From the NCBI GenBank assembly GCA_042571085.1, contig JBHPGB010000004.1:1-54972 (forward strand): a stretch of 54,972 nucleotides of DNA, in the 5' to 3' direction. Under the pieces are notes generated by a model. The model saw only the letters and a list, made by a program, of their open reading frames with translations. It did not search any database and was not told where the DNA came from. The translations under genes were made by a program, and so were the position numbers. Below are positions 45,464 through 54,972 of the stretch, in pieces. Position 1 is the stretch's first letter. Every line of letters starts with the position of its first letter. Source of the stretch: Patescibacteria group bacterium (lineage in GTDB: Bacteria; Patescibacteriota; Minisyncoccia; Phycocordibacterales; JBHPGB01).

Positions 45464-46804
45464 ATGTCAAACATGACTAAAGAGAAAAAAGTACCTAAAA
45501 AGCTGTCTGAAAAGCTTGTGCGGTATATTTCAGAATCAAAAAATGAGCCTGAGTGGATGTTAAAATTAAGACTTGATGCACTAGCTCTATATGAAAAAGC
45601 TCCCATGCCAACATGGGGGCCTGACTTGTCTGCACTTGATTTGGAAGACATTACTTATTATTCAGATTCTGAAACTGATGAGAAAAAAGCTTGGGAGGAT
45701 GTGCCGGAGGAAATTTCTGAAACATTTGATAAGCTCGGTATTCCAGAAGCAGAGAGAAAGCATTTGGGTGGGCTTGGTGCGCAGTATGATTCAAACGTTG
45801 TATATCACAGAATAAAAGAGTCACTAGAGAAGCAAGGAGTGATTTTTGAAAATATGGACACGGCGGTAGAGAAGTATCCAAAGCTCGTGAAAGAATATTT
45901 TATGACTAAGTGTGTAAAGCCAGATGATCATAAGTTTGCAATGTTGCACGCGGCTGTATGGAGTGGAGGTACATTTATTTATATTCCCAAAGGTGCGCGC
46001 GTTTCCATGCCGCTACAAGCATTCTTCTGGATGAATAAAAAAGCGTCTGCGCAGATGGAACATACTCTTATTATTGCTGACGAAGATTCATACGTAGAAT
46101 ATATTGAAGGATGTTCCGCGCCACAATACAATGAAAGCTCACTGCATGTTGGTTGTGTTGAGGTCTTTGTAAAGAAAAATGCTGAGGTGAAATATATCAG
46201 TATAGAAAACTGGTCTAAGAATACATACAATTTAAATACAAAGCGCGCGCTTGTTGAAGAAGGTGGTCAAGTGAATTGGATTGGAGGAAATATGGGGGCT
46301 GGAACAACAATGCTATATCCATCATCTGTGCTTATTGGCGATGGTGCAAAATCTGAATATATGGGAATTGCAATGGCAAGTGACGGGCAAGTGCAGGATA
46401 CTGGAGCAAAAGCGATTCACTTGGCACCAAATACTTCATCAGTTATTAAATCAAGATCTATTTCAAAGAATGGCGGAGTTGCGAATTTCCGAGGTTTGAT
46501 TAAGGTTTCGCCAAAGGCAAAAGGAACTGTTTCATCTATGGTATGTGATTCACTTATTCTAGATGATGAGTCTGTTTCAAATAGCTATCCTTCAATTGAA
46601 AACAAGCAAGACGATGTGCAAATTTCCCATGAAGCACGTATTGGAAAAATAGGGGAGCAGGAGATTTTCTATCTACAAAGTCGCGGACTTTCGGAGCATG
46701 ATGCTGTGCGACTTATTGTGGGTGGTTTTGCTGGTCCGATTATCAAAGCACTTCCGTTTGAATATGCTGTGGAATTAAACAAACTTTTGGATCTGGAAAT
46801 ATAA
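45464..46804 (+). CDS. sufB: Fe-S cluster assembly protein SufB
   Basis: GAQYDS, AVWSGGTFIYIP, EHTLII, YIEGCSAP, QDTGAK, SHEARIGKI. Confidence 0.95.
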   Translation: MSNMTKEKKVPKKLSEKLVRYISESKNEPEWMLKLRLDALALYEKAPMPTWGPDLSALDLEDITYYSDSETDEKKAWEDVPEEISETFDKLGIPEAERKHLGGLGAQYDSNVVYHRIKESLEKQGVIFENMDTAVEKYPKLVKEYFMTKCVKPDDHKFAMLHAAVWSGGTFIYIPKGARVSMPLQAFFWMNKKASAQMEHTLIIADEDSYVEYIEGCSAPQYNESSLHVGCVEVFVKKNAEVKYISIENWSKNTYNLNTKRALVEEGGQVNWIGGNMGAGTTMLYPSSVLIGDGAKSEYMGIAMASDGQVQDTGAKAIHLAPNTSSVIKSRSISKNGGVANFRGLIKVSPKAKGTVSSMVCDSLILDDESVSNSYPSIENKQDDVQISHEARIGKIGEQEIFYLQSRGLSEHDAVRLIVGGFAGPIIKALPFEYAVELNKLLDLEI

Positions 46805-46840
46805 TTTTCACGTCTTTGGTGGTAAAATACTATACATTAT

Positions 46841-48052
46841 ATGTTAGACGCAAAAACAATTAAAAAAGATTTCCCGCTATTTGATAATGATGGCATTTTT
46901 TATTTGGATAATGCTGCTTCTTCACAGACTCCGCAAGTGGTGCTCGACGCGGTACTCGGATACTACACAGGATACAAAGCAAATATTCATAGAGGATTAT
47001 ATTCTTTGAGCATGGAAGCAACTAATAAGTATGAAGGTGCACGCAAGACCATTGCAGATTTTGTTGGTGCAGATACAAATGAAATCATATTCACGGGTGG
47101 ATCAACAGCGTCTATGAATATGCTTATGCATGCTCTTGAGCAAACATTGGATCTGAAAGAGGGAGATGAGATTCTCACTACTGTTACCGAGCATCACTCA
47201 AGCCTTATCCCGCTACAAGAGCTCGCAAAACGTAACAAGTTGGTTTTGAAACACATTCCAATTACAGAAAATTTTGAATTGGATTATGATAAAGCACGTG
47301 AACTTATTGGACCAAAAACAAAGATAGTTTCTTTGGCTCATGCAGCCAATGTGCTAGGTGGAATAAATGATGTTGCAGCTATCGCTAAGTTTGCCAGTGA
47401 TGCTGGGGCGGTGAGTATAATTGATGCGGCGAAAACGGCTGGACATATTTCTATTGATGTAAAAGAATTGGATTGTGACTTTTTATTTTTTTCAGGCCAC
47501 AAAATGTGCGGTCCGACAGGTATCGGTGTTTTATACGGGAAAAAAGAATGGTTGGATAAATTATATCCGGGCGCATTTGGTGGTGGTACAGTAGAGGATG
47601 TTACATTACTTGATGCAGAATTGGTTGATGCGCCGCACAAGTTTGAACCTGGAACACCAAATATTGCCGGTGCTGTCGGCCTTGCTGAAGCCGTACGATA
47701 TGTTGAAAATATTGGAGTAGATAATATTCATGATCATATCGCTGAGCTTGTTGAATACACGTTTGAGAAACTTGGTGGTATAGAAGGCTTGTCTTTGTAT
47801 TGCCAGAAAGATGCAAATAAGAATGTTGGAGTTGTTTCTTTTGGTATTGAAGGTGTGCATGCGCATGACGTGGCAGAAATACTTTCAAAAAGAGGTATAG
47901 CTATACGAAGCGGGCATCATTGTGCGCAGCCACTTATGAAGGCGCTCGGAGTTGCGAGTACTGCACGAGCAAGTTTCTATTTTTATAATGGACGTGAAGA
48001 TGTGGATGCGTTGGTTGATGGTATACATGAGGTTAAGAATATATTTAAATAA
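46841..48052 (+). CDS. sufS: Cysteine desulfurase
   Basis: YLDNAASSQ, EHHS, FSGHKMCGPTGIG, FEPGTPNI, RSGHHCAQP. Confidence 0.95.
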   Translation: MLDAKTIKKDFPLFDNDGIFYLDNAASSQTPQVVLDAVLGYYTGYKANIHRGLYSLSMEATNKYEGARKTIADFVGADTNEIIFTGGSTASMNMLMHALEQTLDLKEGDEILTTVTEHHSSLIPLQELAKRNKLVLKHIPITENFELDYDKARELIGPKTKIVSLAHAANVLGGINDVAAIAKFASDAGAVSIIDAAKTAGHISIDVKELDCDFLFFSGHKMCGPTGIGVLYGKKEWLDKLYPGAFGGGTVEDVTLLDAELVDAPHKFEPGTPNIAGAVGLAEAVRYVENIGVDNIHDHIAELVEYTFEKLGGIEGLSLYCQKDANKNVGVVSFGIEGVHAHDVAEILSKRGIAIRSGHHCAQPLMKALGVASTARASFYFYNGREDVDALVDGIHEVKNIFK

Positions 48053-48056
48053 AATT

Positions 48057-48464
48057 ATGTCAGATTTATATCAACAACACATTTTAGACCATTATAGAAA
48101 TCCGCGGAATAAGCGGGAGATTTTTGATGCAGATGTGATTGAGCGAGGAAAGAATGCGAGTTGTGGAGATGATCTCACGCTATATTTGAAATTTACCGTT
48201 AGAACTGACGGGTCTATAGACCATACTTCTAACGGCACAGGTGATGGGGAAGTAGTGGAAGATGTGGCTTTTGGTGGAGATGGTTGTGCTATTTCAACTG
48301 CTGCAGCATCACTGCTCACAGAAAAAATAAAAGGAATGAAAAAAGAAGAAATACGATTGCTCACACCCGCTGATATTTATGATATGCTCGGTGTACCGAT
48401 AAGTGCTGGGCGGTCACGTTGCGCATTACTTGCGTACGAAGCGATTGAACGAGGGCTCAAATAA
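48057..48464 (+). CDS. sufU: SufU/IscU-type sulfur-transfer scaffold
   Basis: LYQQHILDHYRNPRN, NASCGD, GCAISTAAAS, RSRCA. ATG at 48057. Confidence 0.9.
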   Translation: MSDLYQQHILDHYRNPRNKREIFDADVIERGKNASCGDDLTLYLKFTVRTDGSIDHTSNGTGDGEVVEDVAFGGDGCAISTAAASLLTEKIKGMKKEEIRLLTPADIYDMLGVPISAGRSRCALLAYEAIERGLK

Positions 48465-48473
48465 ATAATACGT

Positions 48474-49193
48474 ATGAAACTAGAAATAAAAAATTTAATA
48501 GTAGAAACTGATGGTAAGATCGTTGTAAACGATGTTTCTTTTGTTGTGGAAAGTGGTGAGACTCATGTGCTTATGGGGGCGAATGGTTCCGGAAAGACAT
48601 CGCTGGTGAATACTCTTGCAGGGCACCCTAAATACAAAATTACACAAGGAGAAATATTACTTGATGGAAAAGATGTAAGTAAATCTTACGTAGATGAAAG
48701 AGCTAAGCTAGGTATGTTTTTATCCATGCAAATATTACCAGAGATTGAAGGAGTAACACTTGCTAATTTTTTGTATACAGCGTACAAAGGCTTGAAAGGA
48801 GGTGAGATATCTGTTTTAGATTTTTATAAATATTTAGAACAAAAGGCAGATAGTGTAGGTATAAACAAAGAGTTTTTGAAAAGGGAATTGAATGTTGGAT
48901 TTTCTGGTGGAGAGAAAAAGCAATCAGAAATTTTACAACTTTTAGCACTTGAACCAAAATTTGCTTTTTTGGATGAAATTGATTCAGGGGTAGATATAGA
49001 TGCAATTAATAAAGTTTTTGCTGGCATAGAACAATTGAGAAAAAAGGGCGCAGCATTTTTATTAGTGACTCACGATGCAAATATTTTGGACAAGATAACA
49101 CCAGACACAGTGTATGTAATGAAGGATGGAAAAATAATTGAATCTGGTGACAAAAAATTGATAGAAAAGATTAAAAAAGAAGGGTTTAATTAG
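48474..49193 (+). CDS. sufC: Fe-S assembly ABC ATPase
   Basis: GANGSGKT, LNVGFSGGEKK, LDEIDSGVDID. Confidence 0.95.
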   Translation: MKLEIKNLIVETDGKIVVNDVSFVVESGETHVLMGANGSGKTSLVNTLAGHPKYKITQGEILLDGKDVSKSYVDERAKLGMFLSMQILPEIEGVTLANFLYTAYKGLKGGEISVLDFYKYLEQKADSVGINKEFLKRELNVGFSGGEKKQSEILQLLALEPKFAFLDEIDSGVDIDAINKVFAGIEQLRKKGAAFLLVTHDANILDKITPDTVYVMKDGKIIESGDKKLIEKIKKEGFN

Positions 49194-49205
49194 AACTAAA
49201 AATCT

Positions 49206-49832
49206 ATGACTGCGCAATACGAAAAAAGCTTAGGGTTGCATAAAGAATTATTGCAATCAGAATCTATAAAAAAACATTTAGGAGAAATAAAAAATCATCA
49301 CAAAGAATCTTACGAACACTCTGTTAGAGTTGGGCTTTTGTGTATTGATCTAGCATATGAAAACGAGCTCAGTGACGATGAGGTAAGACTAGCTGGAGAA
49401 TCAGGACTTCTTCATGATTTAGGGAAGAGTTCTGTATCAAAGGAGATACTTTCCAAAGACGCTCGTTTAAATGATGAAGAAAGAGAAGAGGTGAATGGAC
49501 ATCCTCGAAACGGTTTTATAAAAATGAACGGTGAAGAATATGATAAGATACGTCGTATATGTATTGCACATCATGAATATAAAAAAGGTAAGTATCCTAG
49601 AAGCGGAAATGATAGAAGGAAAAAAGTACGAGAAGAAAGTGTGGATCGTAGAAATGGTAATAATGGCTTGAGTAAAATTATACAGATTGTTGCTATTGCT
49701 GATATGTTTGATGCACTTACTAGCAGGAGAGCATATAAAAAAGCATTCCCCAAAAGCGAGGTTGAAAAAATTATCCGCGAGCAATTTACTGGTGATGAAA
49801 AATTTATTAAGCAGGTAATGAAAAGGATATAG
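49206..49832 (+). CDS. HD-GYP-like phosphohydrolase
   Basis: HSVRV, LHDLGK, HHE..GKYP, AIADMFDALTSRRAYK. Confidence 0.85.
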   Translation: MTAQYEKSLGLHKELLQSESIKKHLGEIKNHHKESYEHSVRVGLLCIDLAYENELSDDEVRLAGESGLLHDLGKSSVSKEILSKDARLNDEEREEVNGHPRNGFIKMNGEEYDKIRRICIAHHEYKKGKYPRSGNDRRKKVREESVDRRNGNNGLSKIIQIVAIADMFDALTSRRAYKKAFPKSEVEKIIREQFTGDEKFIKQVMKRI

Positions 49833-49872
49833 AGAGAATTTCTAATTTCTAATTCACTTAATTTCTAATGAA

Positions 49873-50418
49873 ATGACTAATTCTAAAAAAACAAATTACG
49901 TATATCATAGAGTTCCTGAAAACATGACAGGAAATATTCTGTATCCATTAAATAATTTTAAACAAAAAAATATAGAAATATATAACAAAGAAGTTGAAAA
50001 ATATTCTGGAAGAGAACGATTATTGAAATTAAAAATTCCAATCCTGGATTGTTTATGGAATGATGTGTTGCATTTGTCACCAGTAGACCCTAGTGAAATA
50101 TGGCATTTTTTTCGTAGTTTAAATTGGGGTAAAAAACAACAGAAATTCTATAAAATCCCGGTTGATTTATTGGATAAAGAAAAAATTGTTATATACTTAT
50201 ACAAGCATAAAGATGGAGAAAAAATGATACAAGATTTTAATTTTGTAAAATTTGATGAAAATATATTAGAAGAAAATTCAAAACTTCCAAACAAAGCAAA
50301 AGAGTATTATAAAAAGTCTATCGCAAATAATGAAAAGTTTTTACTTTTTCATAGAGTACCACACGTTCTTTATAAGGGTGAAATTAATATATCTGATTTA
50401 GAGATAATAGAAGTATGA
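49873..50418 (+). CDS. Hypothetical protein
   Basis: 181-aa ORF (YVYHRVP...LYPLN...WNDVLHLSP), overlapping the next start. Confidence 0.75.
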   Translation: MTNSKKTNYVYHRVPENMTGNILYPLNNFKQKNIEIYNKEVEKYSGRERLLKLKIPILDCLWNDVLHLSPVDPSEIWHFFRSLNWGKKQQKFYKIPVDLLDKEKIVIYLYKHKDGEKMIQDFNFVKFDENILEENSKLPNKAKEYYKKSIANNEKFLLFHRVPHVLYKGEINISDLEIIEV

Positions 50419-50711
50419 TCACAAAAGAGCAAATAAAAGAAAAACTAAAAGAAGTGAAAGATCCTGAGCTTGGGATTGATATTGTTTCACTTGGTTTGAT
50501 TAGGGAAATTAAGGTATCTACGGAAGATGATCTGCTTACGGCGGAGGTTTTAATGACCCTAACAACACCACTTTGTCCGTTTGCAAATGATATTATTTTA
50601 GCCGTGGAAAATAAGCTGGAAGAAATTGGGATTGAAGAACCACGAGTAGAACTCACTTTTGAACCACCATGGCAACCATCTGAAGAATTGCGAGCACAAT
50701 TTGGTATTTAA
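50415..50711 (+). CDS. sufT: SufT/DUF59 metal-sulfur cluster assembly factor
   Basis: LKEVKDPELGIDIVSLGLI, MTLTTPLCP, FEPPW. Confidence 0.88.
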   Translation: MITKEQIKEKLKEVKDPELGIDIVSLGLIREIKVSTEDDLLTAEVLMTLTTPLCPFANDIILAVENKLEEIGIEEPRVELTFEPPWQPSEELRAQFGI

Positions 50712-50750
50712 GAAAAAAGCGCGGGCAAGGCCCGCGCTTTTTTCTTAAAT
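50706..50750. terminator. Bidirectional terminator between convergent genes
   Basis: atttaagaaaaaagcgcgggc-aag-gcccgcgcttttttcttaaat. Confidence 0.8.
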
Positions 50751-50761
50751 TTCATACCACA

Positions 50762-51577
50762 CTATTCAACGACACCTGCAGGATAATTCTCTAGTAGGAA
50801 TTCCTCAATAACTTCAGAAGGTGCTCCTGATTTTACTAATTCAACAAAGCCGTTAATGACCTCCGCTCCTGTGTTGTTTAAAGCCATCCCGATTACAATC
50901 TCCATAAATTCGTATGGTATAGCTCCAGAAAGTGCAACCTTGTCTCCATTATTTAGTACTATTATATTATGTGGTGTACCACGTACTCCTGCTGTTACAC
51001 CATCTTGATATTGTGATTCAACAGTGTACGCGTGTCTTTCGCTTCTTAAACACTCCTCAAATGCTGTACGATCCAATCCTACTTCTTCAGCCAAATCAGG
51101 TAACTTGGTCAAATCAAGCCCGTCGTTTGATGATGTTGTTTCGTATAGCTTGTTTGTGTAATCCCAGAATCCTGTATTTCCGCCAAGCTCTGCTGCACAT
51201 TCTGTGGCCTCTGCTTCTTTACGAGCATTTGAGTGCAATTGATCAAGCGGGAAGTGTCTGTACACCCATGCAACTTTTCCATCTTTACCATACTCTTCTA
51301 TTACTTGGTTCATCGTTGCGTGGAATCGTTTACAGTATGGACATTCGATATCGGAAAATTCAACGATCTTTATCTCCGCTTCAGGGTTACCTAAAATGTG
51401 ATCTTCGCTTGTAATTGGCGCAAGAGAAATTTCTTTTACTTGTTGTTCATTATTTTTCTGACCTGTTGGACCTGAGCTTCCGCCAGATTCTTGGTTTGAA
51501 AAAAATACACCTGCTGCGATAAGAGCTCCAGCGATTATTATCGCAACTGGTATTGTTAAGTTATTTTGTTTATCCAT
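50762..51577 (-). CDS. DsbA/thioredoxin-family oxidoreductase, membrane-anchored
   Basis: DHILGNP, EFSDIECPYCKRFH, YRHFPL, GVRGTP. Confidence 0.92.
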   Translation of the reverse strand: MDKQNNLTIPVAIIIAGALIAAGVFFSNQESGGSSGPTGQKNNEQQVKEISLAPITSEDHILGNPEAEIKIVEFSDIECPYCKRFHATMNQVIEEYGKDGKVAWVYRHFPLDQLHSNARKEAEATECAAELGGNTGFWDYTNKLYETTSSNDGLDLTKLPDLAEEVGLDRTAFEECLRSERHAYTVESQYQDGVTAGVRGTPHNIIVLNNGDKVALSGAIPYEFMEIVIGMALNNTGAEVINGFVELVKSGAPSEVIEEFLLENYPAGVVE

Positions 51578-51650
51578 ATTAATTGTTTAAATAATAATAT
51601 AATTACGTTATAATATACGTAAGAAATAGTATAACAGATTTGATCATATC

Positions 51651-52229
51651 ATGCCTATACATAGAACTGTCCCACGGGAACAAATGAATACAGAAAATGT
51701 ACATGGTCTACACGACCGTATTTGGGGTGATTTCTCACTTTTAAATGGTGATGTTAGTAATATTTACGGTGATGTTAGCTTACATCGTATTTCAGGGCGT
51801 GCGACAAGTATTACGGGAGACATTAGTGGAATAGAAGGCGACGTGACTAATGTTTATGGTGATGTGTCTAATATCGTCGGTGATGTTTCTAATGTAAAAG
51901 GTGATGAATCTGATCTTTCTGGTGATGAGAGTAGTGTTGTTGGTAATGTAAGTAATATTTCTGGAAATGTAAGTAATATCCGAGGAGACGCTAGTCATAT
52001 CAGCGGAGATGTTACAAAATTGATTGGTGATGTGACAAACATTTCAGGAGATACCAGTAATGTTGTCGGTAATGTTTCAGATGTGAGTGGAGATCTGACT
52101 AACCTGAGTGGAAATATCACAAATATTAGCGGAGATGTATCAGGACTTTCTGGCGACATCACTGGCTTTGAAGGGGATGCTACGGGACAAAGTGGAGATG
52201 TGAGCGTACTAAACAATAAGCACAAATAA
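51651..52229 (+). CDS. 7-residue tandem-repeat protein (probable beta-solenoid)
   Basis: 23 repeats of G-[DN]-[VILA]-[ST]-x-[IVL]-x. Confidence 0.8.
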   Translation: MPIHRTVPREQMNTENVHGLHDRIWGDFSLLNGDVSNIYGDVSLHRISGRATSITGDISGIEGDVTNVYGDVSNIVGDVSNVKGDESDLSGDESSVVGNVSNISGNVSNIRGDASHISGDVTKLIGDVTNISGDTSNVVGNVSDVSGDLTNLSGNITNISGDVSGLSGDITGFEGDATGQSGDVSVLNNKHK

Positions 52230-52231
52230 TG

Positions 52232-52298
52232 AGTAGTAAAATATAAATAAAAAGAGCGCGGGCAAAGCCCGCGCTCTTTTTATTTATATTTTACTACT
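52232..52298. repeat. 67-bp palindrome / bidirectional terminator (32-bp arms)
   Basis: agtagtaaaatataaataaaaagagcgcgggc-aaa-exact reverse complement. Overlaps the SIMPL stop. Confidence 0.8.
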
Positions 52299-53067
52299 TT
52301 ATCTCAAATGTAAGAGTGATGTTAATTTTAACATCTTGTGATCCTGGCTCTATCACTGGCGCTTCAATTCCACCACCTATACCAACACTTTCATCCATTG
52401 CCATAAAGCTTCGTGCAAATTGTGGAGTGTACCCACCACCCTCACTTATAGAAATAAGTTTTCCAAGCCTGAATCCTCCAGCTTTTGCCATCTGCTGTGC
52501 TTTTTCTTTTGCTTTTGCTATTGCGACTTCTCTTGCGTCGTTTTGTGCTTGTGTAAGGTCATCTATTGCAAAGTTTGGTCCGTATACATTATTTGCACCA
52601 GACTCAGTAATGTCTGTAAGAAGTGCGCCTATTACCGCAAAATCGCGAACTTTCACTGCAACATTTTGTGTTACTGTGTAGCCAATTATTTCACGCGGAT
52701 CGCATGGTGCAGTGATGCATCTATAATATGCGCTATATCGAGGTGAGACACTATAGTTTGTTGTCTTAATATCCTCAGCATCAATTCCTCGCGCTTTTAC
52801 AGCCTCAATAATTGAGTTCATTTTTTTTGTGTTTTCTTGTTGTAAAGTTTCTACTTCAAGACCACCTTCTGTGATTACAGAAAAAGAAAAGTTTGCTACA
52901 TCTGGTGTAGTTTGTACTTCTCCCTCTGCGTTTACTGAGAAAGTGCGACCTGCAGATGGGTCAACAGATTGATTGATTGCATAAACACCAGCAATGAGGG
53001 TAATGATGACCATTGCAAGTGTTGCGATAATTGATATTCCTAAAGTATTTTTTATTTTTTCATTCAT
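52294..53067 (-). CDS. SIMPL (DUF541) domain protein
   Basis: VNAEGEVQTTPDVA, IKTTNYSVSP, AREVAIAKAKEKAQQMA, IEPGSQDVKINITLTFEI. Confidence 0.9.
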   Translation of the reverse strand: MNEKIKNTLGISIIATLAMVIITLIAGVYAINQSVDPSAGRTFSVNAEGEVQTTPDVANFSFSVITEGGLEVETLQQENTKKMNSIIEAVKARGIDAEDIKTTNYSVSPRYSAYYRCITAPCDPREIIGYTVTQNVAVKVRDFAVIGALLTDITESGANNVYGPNFAIDDLTQAQNDAREVAIAKAKEKAQQMAKAGGFRLGKLISISEGGGYTPQFARSFMAMDESVGIGGGIEAPVIEPGSQDVKINITLTFEIK

Positions 53068-53175
53068 AAAAGATAGAATTGTTGATTACTGATCAACAAT
53101 TAAAGATTAGTGATTAATACCTTAATAATACCTTATATATACATAGATTGTAAAATGAATAAAAACAGCTATAAT

Positions 53176-53337
53176 AGGAGTCTATCCTCAATATTCATTT
53201 CAGCTAAAAATCTTCAAATTTTGGCTGCAACTCGTTGAAAATTTCTCAAAATATCTCGATATTCTTTAAAATTTTCGACTTCGTTTCGCTCAAAATCTGA
53301 AAATTTCGCTTTGAAAGCAATATTGAGAAAAGACTCT
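53176..53337. mobile_element. ~160-bp MITE-like hairpin element in the mreB leader
   Basis: Imperfect TIRs ggagtctatcctcaatatt and aatattgagaaaagactct, plus nested internal inverted repeats. Confidence 0.5.
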
Positions 53338-53345
53338 AATCACTT

Positions 53346-54359
53346 ATGGCATTATTCTCAAAAAAACTAGGCATAGATTTAGGTACAGCTAACACGCTAG
53401 TGTATATTCCTGGTAAGGATATTGTGCTTAACGAGCCGTCTGTGGTGGCTATTTCTGAGCAGGATAATAAGATTTTGGCTGTTGGTATAGACGCTAAAGA
53501 AATGATTGGGCGCACTCCAGATAGCATTATTGCATACCGACCAATGCGTGACGGGGTGATTGCTGATTATCGCGTAACAGAGGCGATGCTTAAATATTAT
53601 ATGAATAAAGCTCTAGGAAAATGGAGCTTACTTAAGCCAGACGTGATGGTTTCTGTGCCGGCCGGAGTTACTTCTACAGAACGCCGTGCAGTTGTTGAAG
53701 CGGCAGTGAAAGCTGGTGCAAAAAATGCTTACGTGGTTAAAGAGCCAATCTTGGCGGCAATTGGTGCTGGCATTCCGATATACGAGGCGCGTGGGAATAT
53801 GGTTATTGATATCGGTGGTGGTACTACAGATGTGGCTGTGATTTCGCTTGGAGGAATCGTTGCTTGTACATCTGTGAAAGTCGCCGGAGATAAAATCGAT
53901 CACGCAATTGCTGATTACATTAAAAAAACATTCAACTTAGCGATAGGGGACAAAATGGCTGAGGACATCAAAATTAAAATTGGCTCAGCTGTGCCTCTGG
54001 AAGAAGAATTAACAATGGCTGTAAAAGGGCGCGACTTCGTGTCAGGTTTGCCGCGCAAGGCAGACATTAGTACAAATGAAATTGTAAAAGCTATTGATAA
54101 AGAATTGAAAGAGATGGTGAAAGCTGTAAAGACTGTCTTGCAAGAAACTCCACCAGAACTTTCATCAGACATTATAGATAAAGGAATTATTATGACTGGC
54201 GGCTCAAGCCAGCTACGTAATCTGCCCGAGCTTATTCATCGCCGAACGGGTGTGAAAGCGGCTCTTGCAAAAGATGCACTCTATTGTGTAGCGAAGGGGA
54301 CAGGGATAGCGCTGGAGCATCTCGATACATACAAAAAATCAATTATTGCGAAGAAATAA
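53346..54359 (+). CDS. mreB: Rod shape-determining actin homologue MreB/Mbl
   Basis: GIDLGTANT, NEPSVVA, RPMRDGVIAD, VPAGVTSTERRAV, DIGGGTT, MTGGSS. Confidence 0.96.
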   Translation: MALFSKKLGIDLGTANTLVYIPGKDIVLNEPSVVAISEQDNKILAVGIDAKEMIGRTPDSIIAYRPMRDGVIADYRVTEAMLKYYMNKALGKWSLLKPDVMVSVPAGVTSTERRAVVEAAVKAGAKNAYVVKEPILAAIGAGIPIYEARGNMVIDIGGGTTDVAVISLGGIVACTSVKVAGDKIDHAIADYIKKTFNLAIGDKMAEDIKIKIGSAVPLEEELTMAVKGRDFVSGLPRKADISTNEIVKAIDKELKEMVKAVKTVLQETPPELSSDIIDKGIIMTGGSSQLRNLPELIHRRTGVKAALAKDALYCVAKGTGIALEHLDTYKKSIIAKK

Positions 54360-54481
54360 AACTCCCAAAATTGGCGAATTTCTTTGTTGGCTACGGCGCT
54401 CACAAGCTCATCGTACTACTCGTACGTCTCACTTGTTCGCGCCTTGCCGCCTCGAAATTCACTCAATTTATGAAAGTTTTA
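54357..54481. mobile_element. ~125-bp MITE-like hairpin element starting at the mreB stop codon
   Basis: Ends TAAAACT and AGTTTTA. Nested pairs gaattt/aaattc, ggc..cggcgc/gcgcc.tgcc and acaag/cttgt. Confidence 0.5.
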
Positions 54482-54972
54482 CATGAGCGGATTTACAGTG
54501 TGGTTTATCTGAAATTTCAAAAAAGAAAACCCCTGCCGAAGCAGGGGGGGGCATATATTTTTGCACGATACATCAGTGTACCTAGGTGTTTATGTACATA
54601 CATTGTTGCTATTGCAGTATCTATTATGATGCAGTAGTTAACAATTGTGATGATGCAATAGATAACAGTGCAAAAAAAACACCGAAACCTAATGTGCTAC
54701 AGTGGGCCAGTGGCGAGTTCATGCATTTCTTTGTGAACAGGATATATGTAAAACCTGCAAAGTTTATCGCTGAGCCTGTTGAAAATAACAACATGAGTAT
54801 CAATGGCATATAAGACATGAGTAAATTCCGTATAGTTGAGTACTTCTGTGAGAGATCTGAACTGCCTATATTAAAGCATATTTGCAGTGAAAAGTCAAGT
54901 TTTGTTCATATTTTTTCAATAGGGTGGTATTATTGAAATAATCAAAATTTTTGTGATGAGTAATCAAGCTTT

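Noticed and set aside
54484-54972. Short ORFs at the window end (54586-54813 +, 54624-54818 -)
   Set aside because: Overlapping on opposite strands with no motifs or SD. I cannot tell which, if either, is real.

Overview
AT-rich bacterial chromosome segment, genetic code 11. It is most consistent with Patescibacteria/CPR (Parcubacteria-like). This is an inference from the ~750-aa SMC, the C-terminally shortened AlaRS, core genes lacking Shine-Dalgarno sites, and DKNYY/PsbP-like surface proteins. Core genes: rnc, smc, pfkB-family kinase, fba, pcm, yqeY, alaS, rpmG, tRNA-Trp(CCA), miaA, ahpC, khpA, trmD, rpoB, rpoC, dnaG, rpoD, sufB-sufS-sufU-sufC-sufT, a DsbA-family gene, a SIMPL gene and mreB. 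An accessory region of about 16 kb follows tRNA-Trp (GIY-YIG, GNAT, methyltransferase, amidase, DUF3800, deacetylase, M48 and M23 peptidases, surface proteins). Most of the unexplained signal lies in small structured DNA/RNA elements: (1) two copies of a ~120-bp element with 14-bp terminal inverted repeats, each sitting exactly on a start codon, duplicating ATG(T/A)A and pairing over the downstream AUG; (2) a DUF3800 gene with a predicted convergent ~66-nt sRNA that has its own promoter and terminator; (3) a RAYT-type HUH transposase with four REP palindromes, two of them translated inside its own ORF; (4) a two-state hairpin cassette that can sequester the tRNA-Trp CCA end ahead of a GIY-YIG gene; (5) an inverted pair of ~140-bp palindromic elements around a surface-protein block; (6) a palindromic in-frame insert in miaA; (7) 7-nt-period tracts leading into several start codons. 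Protein oddities include a hinge-less SMC, RpoD with a histone-H1-like tail and a 23 x 7-residue repeat protein. No CRISPR array, rRNA, integrase or prophage was seen. The first ~190 bp look like an assembly fold-back, so very long perfect palindromes should be checked against reads.
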